A DNA stretch of 44,946 nt. Origin: a virus. Taxonomy: Duplodnaviria > Caudoviricetes. Where the stretch lies: positions 1 to 44,946 of IMG/VR virus record IMGVR_UViG_3300037126_000087. One strand, 5' to 3'. Shown one piece after another: positions 43,320 to 44,946 of this stretch (position 1 is the stretch's first letter; each line of letters begins with the position of its first letter). The notes under the pieces are model-generated. The model had not been told where the DNA came from, did not search any database, and saw only the letters and a program-made list of their open reading frames with translations. The position numbers were made by a program, and so were the translations under genes.

Positions 43320-44946
43320 TCACTTGATGAGTTCTTGGCGACTTCATGCTCTAGAATATCATTCTCCAGCTGGTCCCACCATTCCTTGGTACCTTCCTCT
43401 GGCGGATCCTCTATTTCTTCTTCCAGGTGCTGTTTCAGGCAACGCGCCGCTGCACTGGCAAAATCGGCATGCCTACCGTCCTGAGTCTGGACGAGCTGCA
43501 CGCTGAAGCCCTTCATCGTCGCCCGCCTTCGTACCTGTTTGAAGTCCTGTTCCATGTGGGGATGGGGAGCCAATTCCACTCGCCCATCAGCCATCCACAC
43601 GCCAAGCGAAGTGAACGTGTCAGTCTTCTCTTTCTGGGTCCAGTCTTCAATCACTAGCGAGATGCCAAATTCCTCTGCAAGATCCTGGAGAGCTTCCGCA
43701 CTCCACTCATCTGTGTAGCACCAATCCAGGTGATAGCCTTGATCTTCGTCGTCGCCATCATCACCACGCAGAATCTGGGCAATTTCCGCGAGCACCTGGC
43801 GTGGCCGCAGGGGCTCCAATGGGGAACCCCGCCACTCATCGGCGTACACCATCCTGAACTTGTTGCCTCGACGGCTGAAGATCACCAGCACCCAAGCATT
43901 CACGCGCGTCGCTGGGTCAATACACGCAATGTAATCATAGTGCCGATCCCATGGGATGCTCATCGGTTCTAGTCGCGTGCATTCCTTGATGACCTTCATC
44001 GGATAGAGCTGCTCTTCGGAGTCCGCGAACTCAGCCAACACGTCAGTCTTGTAAACGATTGGCTTCAGGCGCCGGATCTTCTCACAGCGGTCAGGGGTCC
44101 ACCACGTTGGATTCATGGCCGGCCCGGTCGCTTTGATGATGACAACGTCCTTAGATGGTCTGCCAAAGTGCTCGACGTGTTTATCGTAGATCGGTCCGGT
44201 AGCTGCCCAGGGAGAACCGATGGACATTATCTGACCACCTGGAAGGACACGGGCAACCGCGGCGGCGTAAGCATCGTCATAGTTGATAACTCCCTCTGCC
44301 GCACCAACCATTCTGGGTGCTTCATCGAGGCACAAGCCAGCCAACCATCTGGAAACAAGCGAGCCGCCGGCGCGTTTGCCGGCGACTACACGAATTTCGA
44401 TCGGCCGGCCTTCTGGATGCCATAGGAAGACGTTCCCGATGATGTCAGCGCCCGACTCATCGATGATCTCGCGCCATTTGCTCAATGACTTCCTGGAGAC
44501 CTTCAAGTGTGAGAGCCGAGGTTGCTGCAATGCTCCCAACAGATGTGAGAACGTTACTACTGCATTGTCTCGCTCCAGAGAGAGGATACTGAATCTGGGG
44601 ATATCACGAGAGCGTCTGCATGGACCTAAATCGATCGTCTGTGATGCCCAGATAGCACGCGCAGCGGCGAATAGGGATTTACCAGAGCGCACGCCGGCGA
44701 GGATGACTACTTCCGCTGGAGGCTCGGCGAAATCTGGCAGCTCGCCATAACCCAATGCATCCCTGACAATTTCGTTATTGGCCAACTTCCCGAGCGGTCG
44801 CCCTTCTAGGATGCGAAGGATCGCACGCTGGATGTTCGTGACTGTCCCGTCGACATCCAACCCGAAGCCATCTTCCGAGCAGACAAGCTCCTCTAGAGTC
44901 TTGAACCCAAAGAACGAGCCGGCGCGATCCCTGGCTGCTTCGAGGA
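43280..44946 (-). CDS. terL: Terminase large subunit, 3' part (starts at 191 across the origin)
   Basis: Walker A AGVRSGKS, Walker B LCLDEA, coupling motif GSP, nuclease IDPA and HAD. Confidence 0.92.
   Translation of the reverse strand, partial: LEAARDRAGSFFGFKTLEELVCSEDGFGLDVDGTVTNIQRAILRILEGRPLGKLANNEIVRDALGYGELPDFAEPPAEVVILAGVRSGKSLFAAARAIWASQTIDLGPCRRSRDIPRFSILSLERDNAVVTFSHLLGALQQPRLSHLKVSRKSLSKWREIIDESGADIIGNVFLWHPEGRPIEIRVVAGKRAGGSLVSRWLAGLCLDEAPRMVGAAEGVINYDDAYAAAVARVLPGGQIMSIGSPWAATGPIYDKHVEHFGRPSKDVVIIKATGPAMNPTWWTPDRCEKIRRLKPIVYKTDVLAEFADSEEQLYPMKVIKECTRLEPMSIPWDRHYDYIACIDPATRVNAWVLVIFSRRGNKFRMVYADEWRGSPLEPLRPRQVLAEIAQILRGDDGDDEDQGYHLDWCYTDEWSAEALQDLAEEFGISLVIEDWTQKEKTDTFTSLGVWMADGRVELAPHPHMEQDFKQVRRRATMKGFSVQLVQTQDGRHADFASAAARCLKQHLEEEIEDPPEEGTKEWWDQLENDILEHEVAKNSSSEWWAHGVVPEEEL
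44820..44946. repeat. Terminal direct repeat (127 bp), copy 2
   Basis: Identical to 1-127. Confidence 0.95.

Noticed and set aside
44820-44946. 127-bp terminal repeat as a biological direct terminal repeat
   Set aside because: It falls in the middle of terL and equals a common assembler k-mer length, so it is most likely a circularisation overlap
1-44946. Alternative genetic code, tRNA genes, diversity-generating retroelement, introns or inteins
   Set aside because: Core genes are intact in code 11 at normal lengths; no tRNA or reverse transcriptase motif recognised by eye (tRNAscan not run)
1-44946. Apparent abundance of GATC and CGATCG as a methylation-linked signature
   Set aside because: Cannot be distinguished by eye from codon bias; needs a Markov-model k-mer count

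Overview
The window is a complete, circularly assembled genome of a tailed dsDNA phage (44,819 bp unique; bases 1-127 repeat exactly at 44820-44946, an assembly overlap that splits the terminase large subunit gene). It has two arms that diverge from a non-coding control region at about 1965-2636 and converge at about 22770. The + arm holds about 25 small early ORFs (many acidic, Cys-rich or membrane-anchored), then a replication, recombination and nucleotide module: DnaB-like helicase, SNF2 helicase, Cas4-like nuclease, HNH, Zn-finger/dCMP deaminase, Sak4-like ATPase with SSB, a family-4 UDG fused to a family A DNA polymerase, a MazG-like protein, an N6-adenine MTase and ThyX. The - arm holds a podovirus-like morphogenesis module (TerS, GNAT, TerL, portal, scaffold, major capsid, adaptor, nozzle, three ejection proteins) and an amidase lysis cassette for a diderm host. 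I see no integrase, repressor, RNA polymerase, primase, tRNA or CRISPR array. The most unusual observations are: (1) three consecutive late genes in the tail-fibre position encode Sec signal peptides and paired cysteines, suggesting virion appendages made outside the cytoplasm; (2) a near-consensus sigma54 promoter, with an IHF site upstream, precedes a ~110-nt structured leader or sRNA ahead of the early genes; (3) a leaderless sigma70 late promoter; (4) a spanin-like pair with no lipobox; (5) duplicated B-box/AN1-like mini zinc fingers. All functional calls come from reading motifs by eye, without database searches.
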